Origin: Candidatus Bathyarchaeota archaeon
Lineage (GTDB): Archaea > Thermoproteota > Bathyarchaeia > Bathyarchaeales > Bathycorpusculaceae
DNA length: 64,000 nt
Assembly (NCBI GenBank): GCA_963826715.1
Contig: CAWGYA010000008.1
Location: forward strand, 576,001-640,000
Reading direction: 5' to 3'
Part shown: positions 27,900 to 37,667 of the stretch, one piece after another
Numbering within the stretch: the stretch's first letter is position 1
Layout: every line of letters begins with the position of its first letter
The notes under the pieces: model-generated
Told to the model about the DNA's origin: nothing
The model's input: the letters and a program-made list of their open reading frames with translations, nothing else
The model's database searches: none
Position numbers and translations under genes: made by a program

Positions 27900-29933
27900 T
27901 TACACGTCGTTGTATAGCGATAATATGGCGGCCAAACGATACTTCAGGGTTTTGTTATCATTTTTTCTTGTCATAGCATTTACCAGAACATTTGGTTCAA
28001 TTTTTACGCAAATACCTTGACCGAGTGCTTCGTCTATTTTATCGGCATCTTCAATTTGAAATGCCCTGATAAATGGAAAAGCTTCCTTCGCAATAGTGAA
28101 CTCTTTGAGAAGGAACAAATACTTTAGGATCGCTTCCTTTTTCTCTGAATCTGAAAAAACAATTTTTGGATCTACTTGTTTGGCAAGTGTGGTTAGTTTT
28201 TTTATTTCAGCTATGAGCGCTGACTTAGAAGTAGGCTTGTTCTTTGAACCTGGACCAAATACAAAGTAGACTAATAGCATTCGTGTAAGATAATTTGGAT
28301 TGAGTTTATATTTTTCAGCCAAATAGGTCCAAACGATTTTACAATAATAATCCCAATCGCTAAAGAATCCAAAATAGAAGTCAAATGCATCAGCGAACGA
28401 TTCCCATAAAAGTTCAAACGAATCTTCCTGGAAAAATTCTTTTTTTCCTGTTTTAAGCATGGCTTCTCTTTGTTCCTCCATTCGCCGATAGATTTCACCG
28501 TTAGTTTGTTCTAATCTATTAAACGCTTCATGACCAACTTCGTGACCGCTGCCCCACCATTCCTCAGGTTTCATTTTTGTGTTGTTTGGCATGTTTATAA
28601 TGCCACCTTCAACCCAATAGAATTTATGTGCATACCCAAATACGCTACATCCAGTCCATGTTACACCAAAGGTTTTCAAATAGTAATTGACTAATGCTTC
28701 GTGTGACAAGAGAATTTTTAGGCTACCACCATATGATTCAAGGTTGAGATTTTTCAAACCCAACAAATTTGGAATTTGAATCCCAGAACAGCGTTGCTGA
28801 AAAATGAGGCGAAGACTATCAATTACAGTGTCATATAATTCCATTTGTTCATGATAAGCTTCTTTGTCTACTTTAATTACGGAAGAGGCAGCTTCATATA
28901 TTTCCAATAATTCCGAAAAGAAGGGAGTTAAGTCTTTTAACAAATATTTTGCAAAAGGATCTGTAGCAAGAGCTAGAAAAACATTATAATAATACCCAAA
29001 GTCATCCAGCATTTCAGGGGTTTTTGCGAGACACTTAGTAATCTTATCATCGGGTGTCGTTCCGGTCCATGTGATACTCGATAACCTACTAGCGGTATCA
29101 GAACTATGCCTAATTATGGTACTTGTAGAGTATATTGAAAAACGTTCGTTTTCAGATCTGATTTTCAATAACAGTTCAATTAGCTGTTTTAATGGAAGGT
29201 CGAATCTTGCAGTTACGTCATGAAAGCCAAACGTACTTGAAACATCTTTTCCCCCGTTGGTTCTAAGTTCTTCAAGTATTTCTTTTTCAGACCCTCCAGC
29301 CAAACTAACAAGTAATAATGCCTCGACGTTTTCTTTTGAATCCAATTGACCTGCTTTGATTTTGTTGTAGCTTACGCACGGTATGGTTGTTATATCCAAA
29401 AGAGGTAACTTTAGTTTTTCAATATTACTTTTAATTTCTGTAACAGCCTTGCTCACCTCATTAAAGCTTTCGCATGGAACCATGCAGACTATTTCCTCTA
29501 AACCCAATCCCCCAAAAACAAAAATGGGCAAGGTCATTGATTTGGATAGATAATTTGTAATTATCTGTTCAGTCTCTGTCCTATTTTCTTTTATTCCGTC
29601 CCAATCAAATCGCACACAACAGACACCCATAACAGCGGTGTTCAATGGCAATACTTTCTCTTGTGTTCCTTTTGGAACCCATTTGTACCCACAAATAGTA
29701 TTTCTATCTATAATGAATGGAAGAGGGTTTTTTCTGAGTCGGTTAATAAGGTGAAACTCGGTATTTTCCTCTATAATTACTATATCATATCTGCCTAAAC
29801 CCTTAAATAAGGTGGATTGTGGGCTAAATTTCGCGATACGGTCGAAAAGTTCGCGTTCTTTGCCCGGAACTGTCTGCAGTAACTTTATGGTTAAAACTTT
29901 GTCGCCTAAGAAACAGGCATCAATTAGTTCCAC
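27900..29933 (-). CDS. Protein with three AsnC/Lrp-like (RAM) repeats and a HEXXH metallopeptidase-like domain
   Basis: GLGRYDIV, GLGLEEIV and TFGFHDVT repeats; GHEVGH plus downstream ESFAD. Confidence 0.7.
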   Translation of the reverse strand: MELIDACFLGDKVLTIKLLQTVPGKERELFDRIAKFSPQSTLFKGLGRYDIVIIEENTEFHLINRLRKNPLPFIIDRNTICGYKWVPKGTQEKVLPLNTAVMGVCCVRFDWDGIKENRTETEQIITNYLSKSMTLPIFVFGGLGLEEIVCMVPCESFNEVSKAVTEIKSNIEKLKLPLLDITTIPCVSYNKIKAGQLDSKENVEALLLVSLAGGSEKEILEELRTNGGKDVSSTFGFHDVTARFDLPLKQLIELLLKIRSENERFSIYSTSTIIRHSSDTASRLSSITWTGTTPDDKITKCLAKTPEMLDDFGYYYNVFLALATDPFAKYLLKDLTPFFSELLEIYEAASSVIKVDKEAYHEQMELYDTVIDSLRLIFQQRCSGIQIPNLLGLKNLNLESYGGSLKILLSHEALVNYYLKTFGVTWTGCSVFGYAHKFYWVEGGIINMPNNTKMKPEEWWGSGHEVGHEAFNRLEQTNGEIYRRMEEQREAMLKTGKKEFFQEDSFELLWESFADAFDFYFGFFSDWDYYCKIVWTYLAEKYKLNPNYLTRMLLVYFVFGPGSKNKPTSKSALIAEIKKLTTLAKQVDPKIVFSDSEKKEAILKYLFLLKEFTIAKEAFPFIRAFQIEDADKIDEALGQGICVKIEPNVLVNAMTRKNDNKTLKYRLAAILSLYNDV

Positions 29934-29964
29934 GGAAGCCCCTCGACGTAATTACCCTAGGTAC

Positions 29965-30171
29965 TTACTCTGCCAAAGCCTTATCTAATCCCTTAAGCGT
30001 GTTTCCGTAACCCATTTTCATCAATGCTTTTTCTGCGCGTTCAACGTTAAATTCTTTTCTGGGTACAACGGCATAGCTACGTCTAAATTCCTTTCGCAGG
30101 AGCGCTCTTTTGCAAGTTACTTTGAGTTTTTGGACTTTGTAAATGTCTAACGCCATTTTTTCACGCGCCAC
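29965..30171 (-). CDS. Small basic protein upstream of the HEXXH protein
   Basis: 68 aa ORF, 31 bp upstream of the next gene, same strand, with a TATA-like tract upstream. Confidence 0.55.
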   Translation of the reverse strand: MAREKMALDIYKVQKLKVTCKRALLRKEFRRSYAVVPRKEFNVERAEKALMKMGYGNTLKGLDKALAE

Positions 30172-30462
30172 TTTTTTTTCAATTCACTATATTAATTTGT
30201 TTGTCTATAAAAGGTTTACATATTTAACAAAGTTGTTCAAAGAACAAAAGGTTTTCGGTACACAAATTTTAGAGAGAAAATTACTTGAATGAACTTTTAC
30301 GAATTGTATTTTTGGGAAGACGAAACCAATATGAGTCAACACAATGCGACCTTTATACAGATGGGATATTAAAGTCTATTTTATTCTAAATAGTTATTAT
30401 CAAATTAGGGCGTCAATCTAAAAAAGGGGTTATGCGGGAGATTTTGCCATTTTAACCTTATA

Positions 30463-30579
30463 GAAGCCATAAAAGATTAGTTTCGAGTATGTCAGACTAC
30501 TTTCTTTTCCTAAACAGCAATTAGATCAAGACCGTTTTTAAAGCCTACTTCGAGCAGTTTGAATGCTTCTTGCAGGTTT
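30463..30579 (+). repeat. Right direct repeat (attR candidate)
   Basis: gaagccataaaagattag...gaatgcttcttgcaggttt; near-identical to 13431-13548. Confidence 0.92.
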
Positions 30580-30868
30580 TCTACATTGTTTAGTTTAGAC
30601 AACTTAGCAATAGACAATTTGAAGAATAATTTATCTAAAGATAGCACAAAACAAGACAACAAGTAACTTGTACACATGATAAGAAGCAAAATAATGGCTT
30701 ATCGAGAGGTTTGCTGGGGCTCTGGACCAAACTTTAGGAGAAAAGATTTCAAATGCAAACACGATGAACTATGGCATTTTCACCGTAAACCAGAGTCCTC
30801 TCAGCCCTAAACTCTTTTCCAATTCTTTTAAACTATAATAAAAAAAAGAAAGATTGGTTTTGACCGTT

Positions 30869-33391
30869 CTAAGGTCGTTTTCTCAGTAGCAGCAGCGTCA
30901 GTAGAGCAAATCCTATTACTATTACAACAATTATCCCAGCAACGGCAGGAACAAAGTACGTCTCCGATAGCGATTCAGGTTGAGATGTTGGCTCTGTGGT
31001 TGGTTCAGGAGCTTCGTTGACTACAAAAGCTGTCTGTGCATAGGATGGATAGTATGATTTTGATCCTTCAAATGAAGCTATGACCGTGTATTTTCCGGGT
31101 ATGTCAGGTGTCCATTCAAGGTTATAGCAGCCAGTAGCATCGCTAATAGCAGTGCCAATATTGCGGTAGTTTCCGTTGGCATCCATGACGTCAATAGTAA
31201 CCGAAACACCAACAGTGTTCATAGGAAGTTCAAATTGTTTGTAGACATGCAGCATCCATTCACTTTGGCTCTCATCAGAAACAGCAGGAACACCAGTAGG
31301 GAAACGCATAGTCAAGGCAATGTCGTTAGTGCCGGGAGATACATCTGTAACAGTACCACGTATCATAAGTGAGGAACCAGACGGAACCCCTACATCGGGT
31401 GCGTTGACGGTAAGAGCGCTTGGACCTTTACCAACAGCGTAAACGCGTTGATCATAAGTATCCATAGTCACAAATACGCTATCACCGATAATTCCGCGTC
31501 CGCCCCAGCGAGTTTGTCGGAATAAGCCATCAGCAGTCCATATTTCTTCTCCAGTTGTTGCATTTAGACAGATAAACGGTGCACCACGAGGTCTAGGATT
31601 AATAGGTGAGTGCTCAGTATGGCCAAGATAGATTTTGTCGTCAGTGATAAACAATGGTTTTAGCCACCAAGTATCTTGGAACAAATAATCAGTGTATTTC
31701 TGTTTAGCTTCGTATTTCCAAAGTAACTCTCCTGTTTTAACATCAAAGCAATATGCGATTCCGCCAACGCTTGCGGTATATAGTTTACCATAAGCTATGC
31801 AACGAACATCTGAAGCTGAGTCGTCAACTGAGTCTAAGTAATGGGTCGGTTCAGAGGGGCCCCAAAGGAACTTGCCTGTCGTCAGATCGAATCCAAAGTG
31901 TTCTCTAGTCTCTTTTACCAGGAATACTGCAGCGTAGTCTTCTTGACTCCAAGCCATCCAACCGGCGCCAAAGCCGCTTATCGTTACTAGATCGTCCTCC
32001 CAAGATGCGGGCGGAGTCCAAGTTGTGTTATAAAGCAGGTGACCTTCGTTGCTCGGTTCTAGGCTAATAGCCCATAGTGAAATTGCTGTACGACTTGCAC
32101 TTGCACCGACAGCTCGATCACCAATCCATAAACGTTGGATGCTTCCCGGTAAGGTTCCTTCCGGCAGTGTTATCTCTGTATATGCCATCCGTTGAGCTGT
32201 AGTAGAATTACTGCCCATGCCTCCGGCGTCTAAAGTCTGGTAATGTGTATTAGCAGCCCAGCTACCGCCTGCGCGGTATCCGCTTCCAGACCATGTTCCG
32301 AAAGCAGTCATGTTCCAAATGCGCAATAGGTGCGATGACGAGGAATAAGAGTAGCGATAGATCCAACCGTTTTCATCAACAACTGTAGTACCTGAAGGAA
32401 CATTCTCTACAGTGATCAATAGCTTTGCGGTCAGAGGGTCAAATGCATACCAAGTTGAGCCAGAGGTTACCCACAAGTATGAATAAACGCCATGGTGGTT
32501 GTAGCCGTTCCATCGAAGTATTTGAGCCATTGAAATCGTTCGGTTATCTAGGAAGGTTGTAGTCCATAGGTGTTCTCCAGTGTGGATGTCATAAGCTTCG
32601 TACTCCAGTGGGCGGTCACTAGTGCGGTGATTATAGATGACTACTCCTGATACGATGAATCTGCTTGTCCATTTGCCTTCGTATGCGTCTCCTGTACTAA
32701 ATGCGTCTTCTTCAGCTTCTCCGCCAGCAATGCCTCCTAAAGCTAATGGTTGTGTCCATAGAATGTGTGCGCTTTCAGGTGCTTCCTCGTTGTATGGAAC
32801 ATACTTGTTTTCTGGTGTCGATACTAGCCAGCTTCCTCCGATTGTGGTCCATTCTCTGAGTTGAGCATCGATTGGGCGGCTCCAGTATTCAGTTGGAAGT
32901 GGATGTCCCGGATAGAGAGGTATTGGTTCTTGCGTCACTACAAGGTGTATTGGTGGGCTATATCCTTCTCGCATTATTGTGCCTAGTGCTAGGTATTGTG
33001 CGCGCTTGCTGCTTGATGTTTCTTGTTCGGGGAAATGAGCTTGTAATGTATAGTTGCCTGCTTCTGTTGGAATGAATATACCTCCAGTTCCGCCGGTAGA
33101 GTCGGTTTTGTAAGGTCCAAGGGTACTATTATGACCGTCAGGCCAAGTTACAGAAACAGTTATGCCTTCCCAGCCCATTTCAACTGATTGTAGTGCATGT
33201 GGACTTCCGATGTGAAGCAATAGTTCTTGGTTGACACCTATAGGGTTATTGATAACGCCAAGATAGGCATAACTTGGTACACTTGGCGGGTCGTCTTGTG
33301 CTATAGTGCTCGGCAAAGCAAAAACTGATACAGTCATGGTCAGTGTTAGAATCAAAGCAATCGAAATAGTCAAAGTTCTATTTTTTGACAT
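30869..33391 (-). CDS. Secreted PQQ-like beta-propeller surface protein with C-terminal membrane anchor
   Basis: Signal peptide, repeated D..TG..LW blades, PT-rich linker, TM helix followed by RKRP. Confidence 0.85.
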   Translation of the reverse strand: MSKNRTLTISIALILTLTMTVSVFALPSTIAQDDPPSVPSYAYLGVINNPIGVNQELLLHIGSPHALQSVEMGWEGITVSVTWPDGHNSTLGPYKTDSTGGTGGIFIPTEAGNYTLQAHFPEQETSSSKRAQYLALGTIMREGYSPPIHLVVTQEPIPLYPGHPLPTEYWSRPIDAQLREWTTIGGSWLVSTPENKYVPYNEEAPESAHILWTQPLALGGIAGGEAEEDAFSTGDAYEGKWTSRFIVSGVVIYNHRTSDRPLEYEAYDIHTGEHLWTTTFLDNRTISMAQILRWNGYNHHGVYSYLWVTSGSTWYAFDPLTAKLLITVENVPSGTTVVDENGWIYRYSYSSSSHLLRIWNMTAFGTWSGSGYRAGGSWAANTHYQTLDAGGMGSNSTTAQRMAYTEITLPEGTLPGSIQRLWIGDRAVGASASRTAISLWAISLEPSNEGHLLYNTTWTPPASWEDDLVTISGFGAGWMAWSQEDYAAVFLVKETREHFGFDLTTGKFLWGPSEPTHYLDSVDDSASDVRCIAYGKLYTASVGGIAYCFDVKTGELLWKYEAKQKYTDYLFQDTWWLKPLFITDDKIYLGHTEHSPINPRPRGAPFICLNATTGEEIWTADGLFRQTRWGGRGIIGDSVFVTMDTYDQRVYAVGKGPSALTVNAPDVGVPSGSSLMIRGTVTDVSPGTNDIALTMRFPTGVPAVSDESQSEWMLHVYKQFELPMNTVGVSVTIDVMDANGNYRNIGTAISDATGCYNLEWTPDIPGKYTVIASFEGSKSYYPSYAQTAFVVNEAPEPTTEPTSQPESLSETYFVPAVAGIIVVIVIGFALLTLLLLRKRP

Positions 33392-33934
33392 TTACATTCA
33401 TGTTCTCCAATTTATATTACACTTTACCTAAGTGTATGGCAAATCTTATCATACTTATATCTATTTAACACTTGCCATAACAATTAATCTATAAATAGCA
33501 AAGATGTTCCAAATTACCTTAAAAAACATCATTAATTCAATTTTTTAGTTGAACATAGCATTTAAAAAAAATAAATCAAAAACAGCGACTCTTAAGCACC
33601 AAACACCATGCATGAGCATCAAGCAATCAGGTTTACTCAGACCCGAGATATCATAAGACTGAGGAGAGAATCCAATACAACTGAAAGGAAATTGCCCCCA
33701 GAACGCACTCAATCCATAAAACTATCTTTCGGATAAGTGTACAGACTTATCAAAAAGAAAACAAAAAGACGATAGTTTGAATACCTTCAACGCTCCAAAG
33801 ACAAATATTTATTTTAGGCTGGAAAATAATAACAAAATAGTAAGTGAATTTCAACAAACAAAGATTTGACAAAGACCAGAAGGAGTGGAAGATTTCGCCC
33901 CCCCTTAACCCTAATAAAAGCCTTAAAAGAATAA

Positions 33935-34492
33935 TCAAATATTATTTCTATTGAGTTTATCATCGCAATATTTTATCTGTTTAAGCTCCGTTCTAATTTG
34001 GTTATATGAGGCTGCGCAATGACTGCAGCAGAAAGCTGTCTCAACCTTATCAATAACTTCGCGGTAGGCACCTTCGTAGACTTTACATCCACAGTGAGCA
34101 CAGACGTAGAGACTAGGCGTGATTGCGATGGAGACTAATTCTGCGAAGCGTTTGAAAAGACCCGTACAAAGTTCCCGTCCTTGGTCGGTGAGTTGGAAAA
34201 TTTTGCGTTCTTTCTCCCCCACCATCTCCGCGGCGTGACTTACCAGACTTTTCTCTTCAAGTTGTTGCAGAAAGGGATAAACAAGACTTGGGCTGATTTC
34301 CTTTTTTACACGATGTTTGAATTGGTTGATAATACTATAACCGTGGGTGGGTCCCTCGTAGAGTATTGTGAGGATATAGAAACGGGAAAAGTCGCAGATT
34401 AGGTCATCCATGTTTTGAATCATTTTACAATCATTTATGATTGGAGATTTGGCATTATAAATGTTTATTAGATATATCTGAAAAATACACAT
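33935..34492 (-). CDS. PadR-family regulator with C-terminal Cys-rich (TRASH-like) domain
   Basis: ILTILYEGPTHGYSII...VYPFLQQLEEK...RKIFQLTDQG; CAHCGC...FCCSHCA; start probably near 34411-34423. Confidence 0.88.
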   Translation of the reverse strand: MCIFQIYLINIYNAKSPIINDCKMIQNMDDLICDFSRFYILTILYEGPTHGYSIINQFKHRVKKEISPSLVYPFLQQLEEKSLVSHAAEMVGEKERKIFQLTDQGRELCTGLFKRFAELVSIAITPSLYVCAHCGCKVYEGAYREVIDKVETAFCCSHCAASYNQIRTELKQIKYCDDKLNRNNI

Positions 34493-34499
34493 ACAAGGT

Positions 34500-34830
34500 T
34501 TGAGCTATGAATATAAGCCACTACAGATGTCTACCGGAAAAAGTCGAGTCATGCTGCATAAAAACAAAAACAACACCTCTAGTCTCTATCCCCCAAATCT
34601 AAAAAATCCGACATTTCCCTCTTTGAAATGCAGCCCAAAGGATGCAGCACCCTCCATTACCACAAAACCCAACACACACTTTTTATAATTGAAGGTGAAG
34701 GATCAATTTTGATGGAGAAAAGCTCATGCCTATACACCCAGATGATGTAATAACGATTCTACTCAACGAGTCGCACCAAATAAGAAATATTGGGAAAAAA
34801 CTTCTCAAGTATCTCTCCATAAGCAGTTAA
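34500..34830 (+). pseudogene. Frameshifted cupin-domain gene
   Basis: FEMQPKGCSTLHYHKTQHTLFIIEGEG in one frame; IHPDDVITILLNESHQIRNIG in another. Confidence 0.7.
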
Positions 34831-34878
34831 GGTAAAGACTTGCCTGCAATTCCTCTGGACCGCTGTAGCTAAAAATAT

Positions 34879-36309
34879 ATGTTAGTTGCCACATTTAACT
34901 CTGGGTTCCAGAGGGAAAGTTCTTTGAAATATGATGTAATTATTGTGGGCGCAGGCCCAGCAGGCATCTTCTCAGCGTTAGAACTAACCGAAAAAACCAA
35001 CCTCAGCGTCTTAGTAATTGACCGAGGCGCAGATATCAACAAACGCAAATGCCCCAGTAAAAGGGGTTTTGAATGCGTCCATTGTGAACCATGCTCAGTT
35101 CTCTCCGGTTGGGGAGGGGCAGGCGCCTACAGCGACGGTAAACTTACTTTATCAACCGAAGTAGGGGGTTGGTTAAACCAGTATGTCTCCACAAAAGAGC
35201 TTCAGGACCTTGTTAAATACTGTGATGACATCTATATTAAATTCGGAGCAAGCAAAGAAGTCTATGGCGGAGAAAACGCAGAGGTTGATGAAATTGAACG
35301 CCAAGCCTCACTGGCGGGGCTTAAACTAATTAAGCAAGAAGTCCGCCACATGGGCACAGACAGATGTCTCGAGACCCTCCTGCAGATGCGCAAAAATCTC
35401 GATAACAAGATCACTTTCTTACCCAATACCGAAGTTAAAGGACTAATCGCTGAAAACCAAACCATTCGAGGAGTCGAAACAGTCAACAACGAAAAAATCA
35501 TGGGCAAATACGTCATCATCGCTCCCGGTAGAGGCGGTGCAGAGTGGCTCCAAATGGAAGCTCAGATACGCGGCTTAAAAACCGTCAACAATCCTGTTGA
35601 TATCGGTGTTCGAGTGGAACTATTGGCTTCAGTCATGGAGAAACTCACCAAAGTACTTTATGAGCCCAAACTACTTTACTTCTCCCACTCTTTCGACGAC
35701 CAAGTCCGCACTTTTTGTGTCTCTCCCTACGGCGAAGTCACCACCGAATCCTATGACGGCGTCTTAACTGTTAATGGCGGCAGCCAAGCAGAAACCAAAA
35801 CTGCCAACACCAACTTCGCTATACTCGTAAGCACCCAATTCACAGAGCCCTTCAAAGAACCAATAGCCTACGGCAAATACATCGCACGGCTCTCCAACTT
35901 GCTCAGCGGTGGCGTAATGGTGCAACGCCTAGGCGACTTAAATCATGGCAGGCGCAGCACACCAGAGCGAATTTCTCACAGTGTCTTAACCCCCACCCTC
36001 AAAAACGCCACACCCGGCGACCTCAGTTTCGTTTTGCCCTACCGCTACTTAACAGACATACGCGAGATGCTTGAGGCTCTTGATAAAATCGCGCCAGGAG
36101 TTGCCTCGCCAGAAACGCTGCTTTACGGTGTCGAAGTCAAATTCTACTCATCTCACCTACAGCTCACAAATATGTTAGAGACAAAAATCGAGAACATGTT
36201 CACTATCGGCGACGGTGCAGGCGTCACCCGTGGACTCATCCAAGCATCCGCTTCAGGGGTCATTGTAGCCCGGGAAATCCTCAAACGAGAGAACCTGCTG
36301 AAGGCGTAA
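34879..36309 (+). CDS. FAD-dependent oxidoreductase (uncharacterised dehydrogenase family)
   Basis: YDVIIVGAGPAG, CxxCxPC, GWGGAGAYSDGKL, IGDGAGVTRG; start probably TTG 34924. Confidence 0.9.
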   Translation: MLVATFNSGFQRESSLKYDVIIVGAGPAGIFSALELTEKTNLSVLVIDRGADINKRKCPSKRGFECVHCEPCSVLSGWGGAGAYSDGKLTLSTEVGGWLNQYVSTKELQDLVKYCDDIYIKFGASKEVYGGENAEVDEIERQASLAGLKLIKQEVRHMGTDRCLETLLQMRKNLDNKITFLPNTEVKGLIAENQTIRGVETVNNEKIMGKYVIIAPGRGGAEWLQMEAQIRGLKTVNNPVDIGVRVELLASVMEKLTKVLYEPKLLYFSHSFDDQVRTFCVSPYGEVTTESYDGVLTVNGGSQAETKTANTNFAILVSTQFTEPFKEPIAYGKYIARLSNLLSGGVMVQRLGDLNHGRRSTPERISHSVLTPTLKNATPGDLSFVLPYRYLTDIREMLEALDKIAPGVASPETLLYGVEVKFYSSHLQLTNMLETKIENMFTIGDGAGVTRGLIQASASGVIVAREILKRENLLKA

Positions 36310-36313
36310 ACGC

Positions 36314-37057
36314 ATGGCTGTGGCAGAGAACATCCGGTGTTCGCATTGCGGTGCACCTGTGGAGTTTAAGCCTGGAGAACTAGTTGCCACATGTAAATAT
36401 TGCGGCTTCACAACCGTCATTGAGACAGGGCAAGCCTTCAACTTTGAACACGCCATTCTCCTTAACAACTACAATCCCGAGCAAATTGAGAGCCTGATTC
36501 GGGATTGGATGCACTCGGGCTTCATGAAACCGGGCGATTTAGCTAAAAAATCCAAAATCACCGAGAAAAACCTTGTTTATCTGCCGTTTTGGGTGGTGAC
36601 TGCCGAAGCCACAACCAAATACAAAGGCATCTTTGAGCGGATAGCACCACCAATTGTTAAGGAAGGACAAATCCAGAAAGAATACAATTGGCTGGTGCTG
36701 GCAAGGGCAGCCGCTGATTTTCCCACCCACGAATACGATGTGCCCTTGGCGGGCAAGGTACCTTTTGACTTCCGCAAAATCGAGGGGTTCGCAAAAGTGC
36801 TCAACAGCGAGATGCAGCGTGAGCAAGCTTTTGAGTTGGCGCGGCAGCAGATTGATGAGCATCACCGTTTTCTGCTCCAACAGGACATAGACCGCATCAT
36901 CGAATCCCAGACCAGCGTGAATCTCAAGCAGATGGTTTATTTGCACGCGCCTGCGTGGTTCATTAAGTATGAGTACAAAGGCAACAGGTACCAGATTATT
37001 GTAGAAGGCGCAAAAGGCATGGTTCTCAAGGGCGACATCCCCAACACCAAGGTATAG
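36314..37057 (+). CDS. Zinc-ribbon domain protein
   Basis: CSHCGA...CKYCG; YLPFW and LHAPAW motifs. Confidence 0.75.
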   Translation: MAVAENIRCSHCGAPVEFKPGELVATCKYCGFTTVIETGQAFNFEHAILLNNYNPEQIESLIRDWMHSGFMKPGDLAKKSKITEKNLVYLPFWVVTAEATTKYKGIFERIAPPIVKEGQIQKEYNWLVLARAAADFPTHEYDVPLAGKVPFDFRKIEGFAKVLNSEMQREQAFELARQQIDEHHRFLLQQDIDRIIESQTSVNLKQMVYLHAPAWFIKYEYKGNRYQIIVEGAKGMVLKGDIPNTKV

Positions 37058-37127
37058 CTGCCTCAAACAAATCTTTAAAAGCAACCCCTTTTTTATTACG
37101 GAATGAAAATATGGGAGGATTTATGAA

Positions 37128-37667
37128 ATGAGTGAAAATAAAGATGTGTATGCTCAAGCGAAAAGCCAAATGAGGCTTTCTGAAAAAATCGCCGCCGCTC
37201 TGCCCGGTTTCCGCGGATACAAAGAGAAGGAACTCCGCCGAGAATCCGATAAACTCATACGTAATCATCTCGCCCTCAAACTATCAAAAGATAAGAATAA
37301 CGTCCGCAGCATCTCTCAAAAGATAGCGGATAAACGTTACCTCGACGTGTTAGCCGACATAGATAGATTAACAGCCAAGATGGACCGCATCACAGAGAAA
37401 GTCAACCACGCATCCTACGGCTACTCTGGCTTCTTTGACATCGTTAAAATCAAGGAGCAAAACCTCGACCAGATGATAGCCTATGATAACCAACTCCTCG
37501 ATAGCGTCAACGCATTAAGCGCTGAAATCGACGGCTTCAAAGCGCAACTGCTAATCGGGGACAACTTAAACCTCAAAGACAAAATCCAAAGCGTAACTAA
37601 CAAGTTTGAGATGCTCGAAGACACGTTTGATAAAAGACAAGAAGTAATAATGGGAGTGAATGCATAA
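37128..37667 (+). CDS. Helical hypothetical protein
   Basis: LPGFRGYKEKELRRESD and ASYGYSGFFD; stop overlaps the SPFH gene start. Confidence 0.75.
   Translation: MSENKDVYAQAKSQMRLSEKIAAALPGFRGYKEKELRRESDKLIRNHLALKLSKDKNNVRSISQKIADKRYLDVLADIDRLTAKMDRITEKVNHASYGYSGFFDIVKIKEQNLDQMIAYDNQLLDSVNALSAEIDGFKAQLLIGDNLNLKDKIQSVTNKFEMLEDTFDKRQEVIMGVNA

Larger units (their letters stand above)
13431..30579. mobile_element. Integrated element (~17.1 kb, plasmid/provirus-like, partly decayed)
   Basis: Direct repeats at both ends, integrase at the left boundary, primase-ATPase, RHH, restriction-modification and virus-like cargo. Confidence 0.9.
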
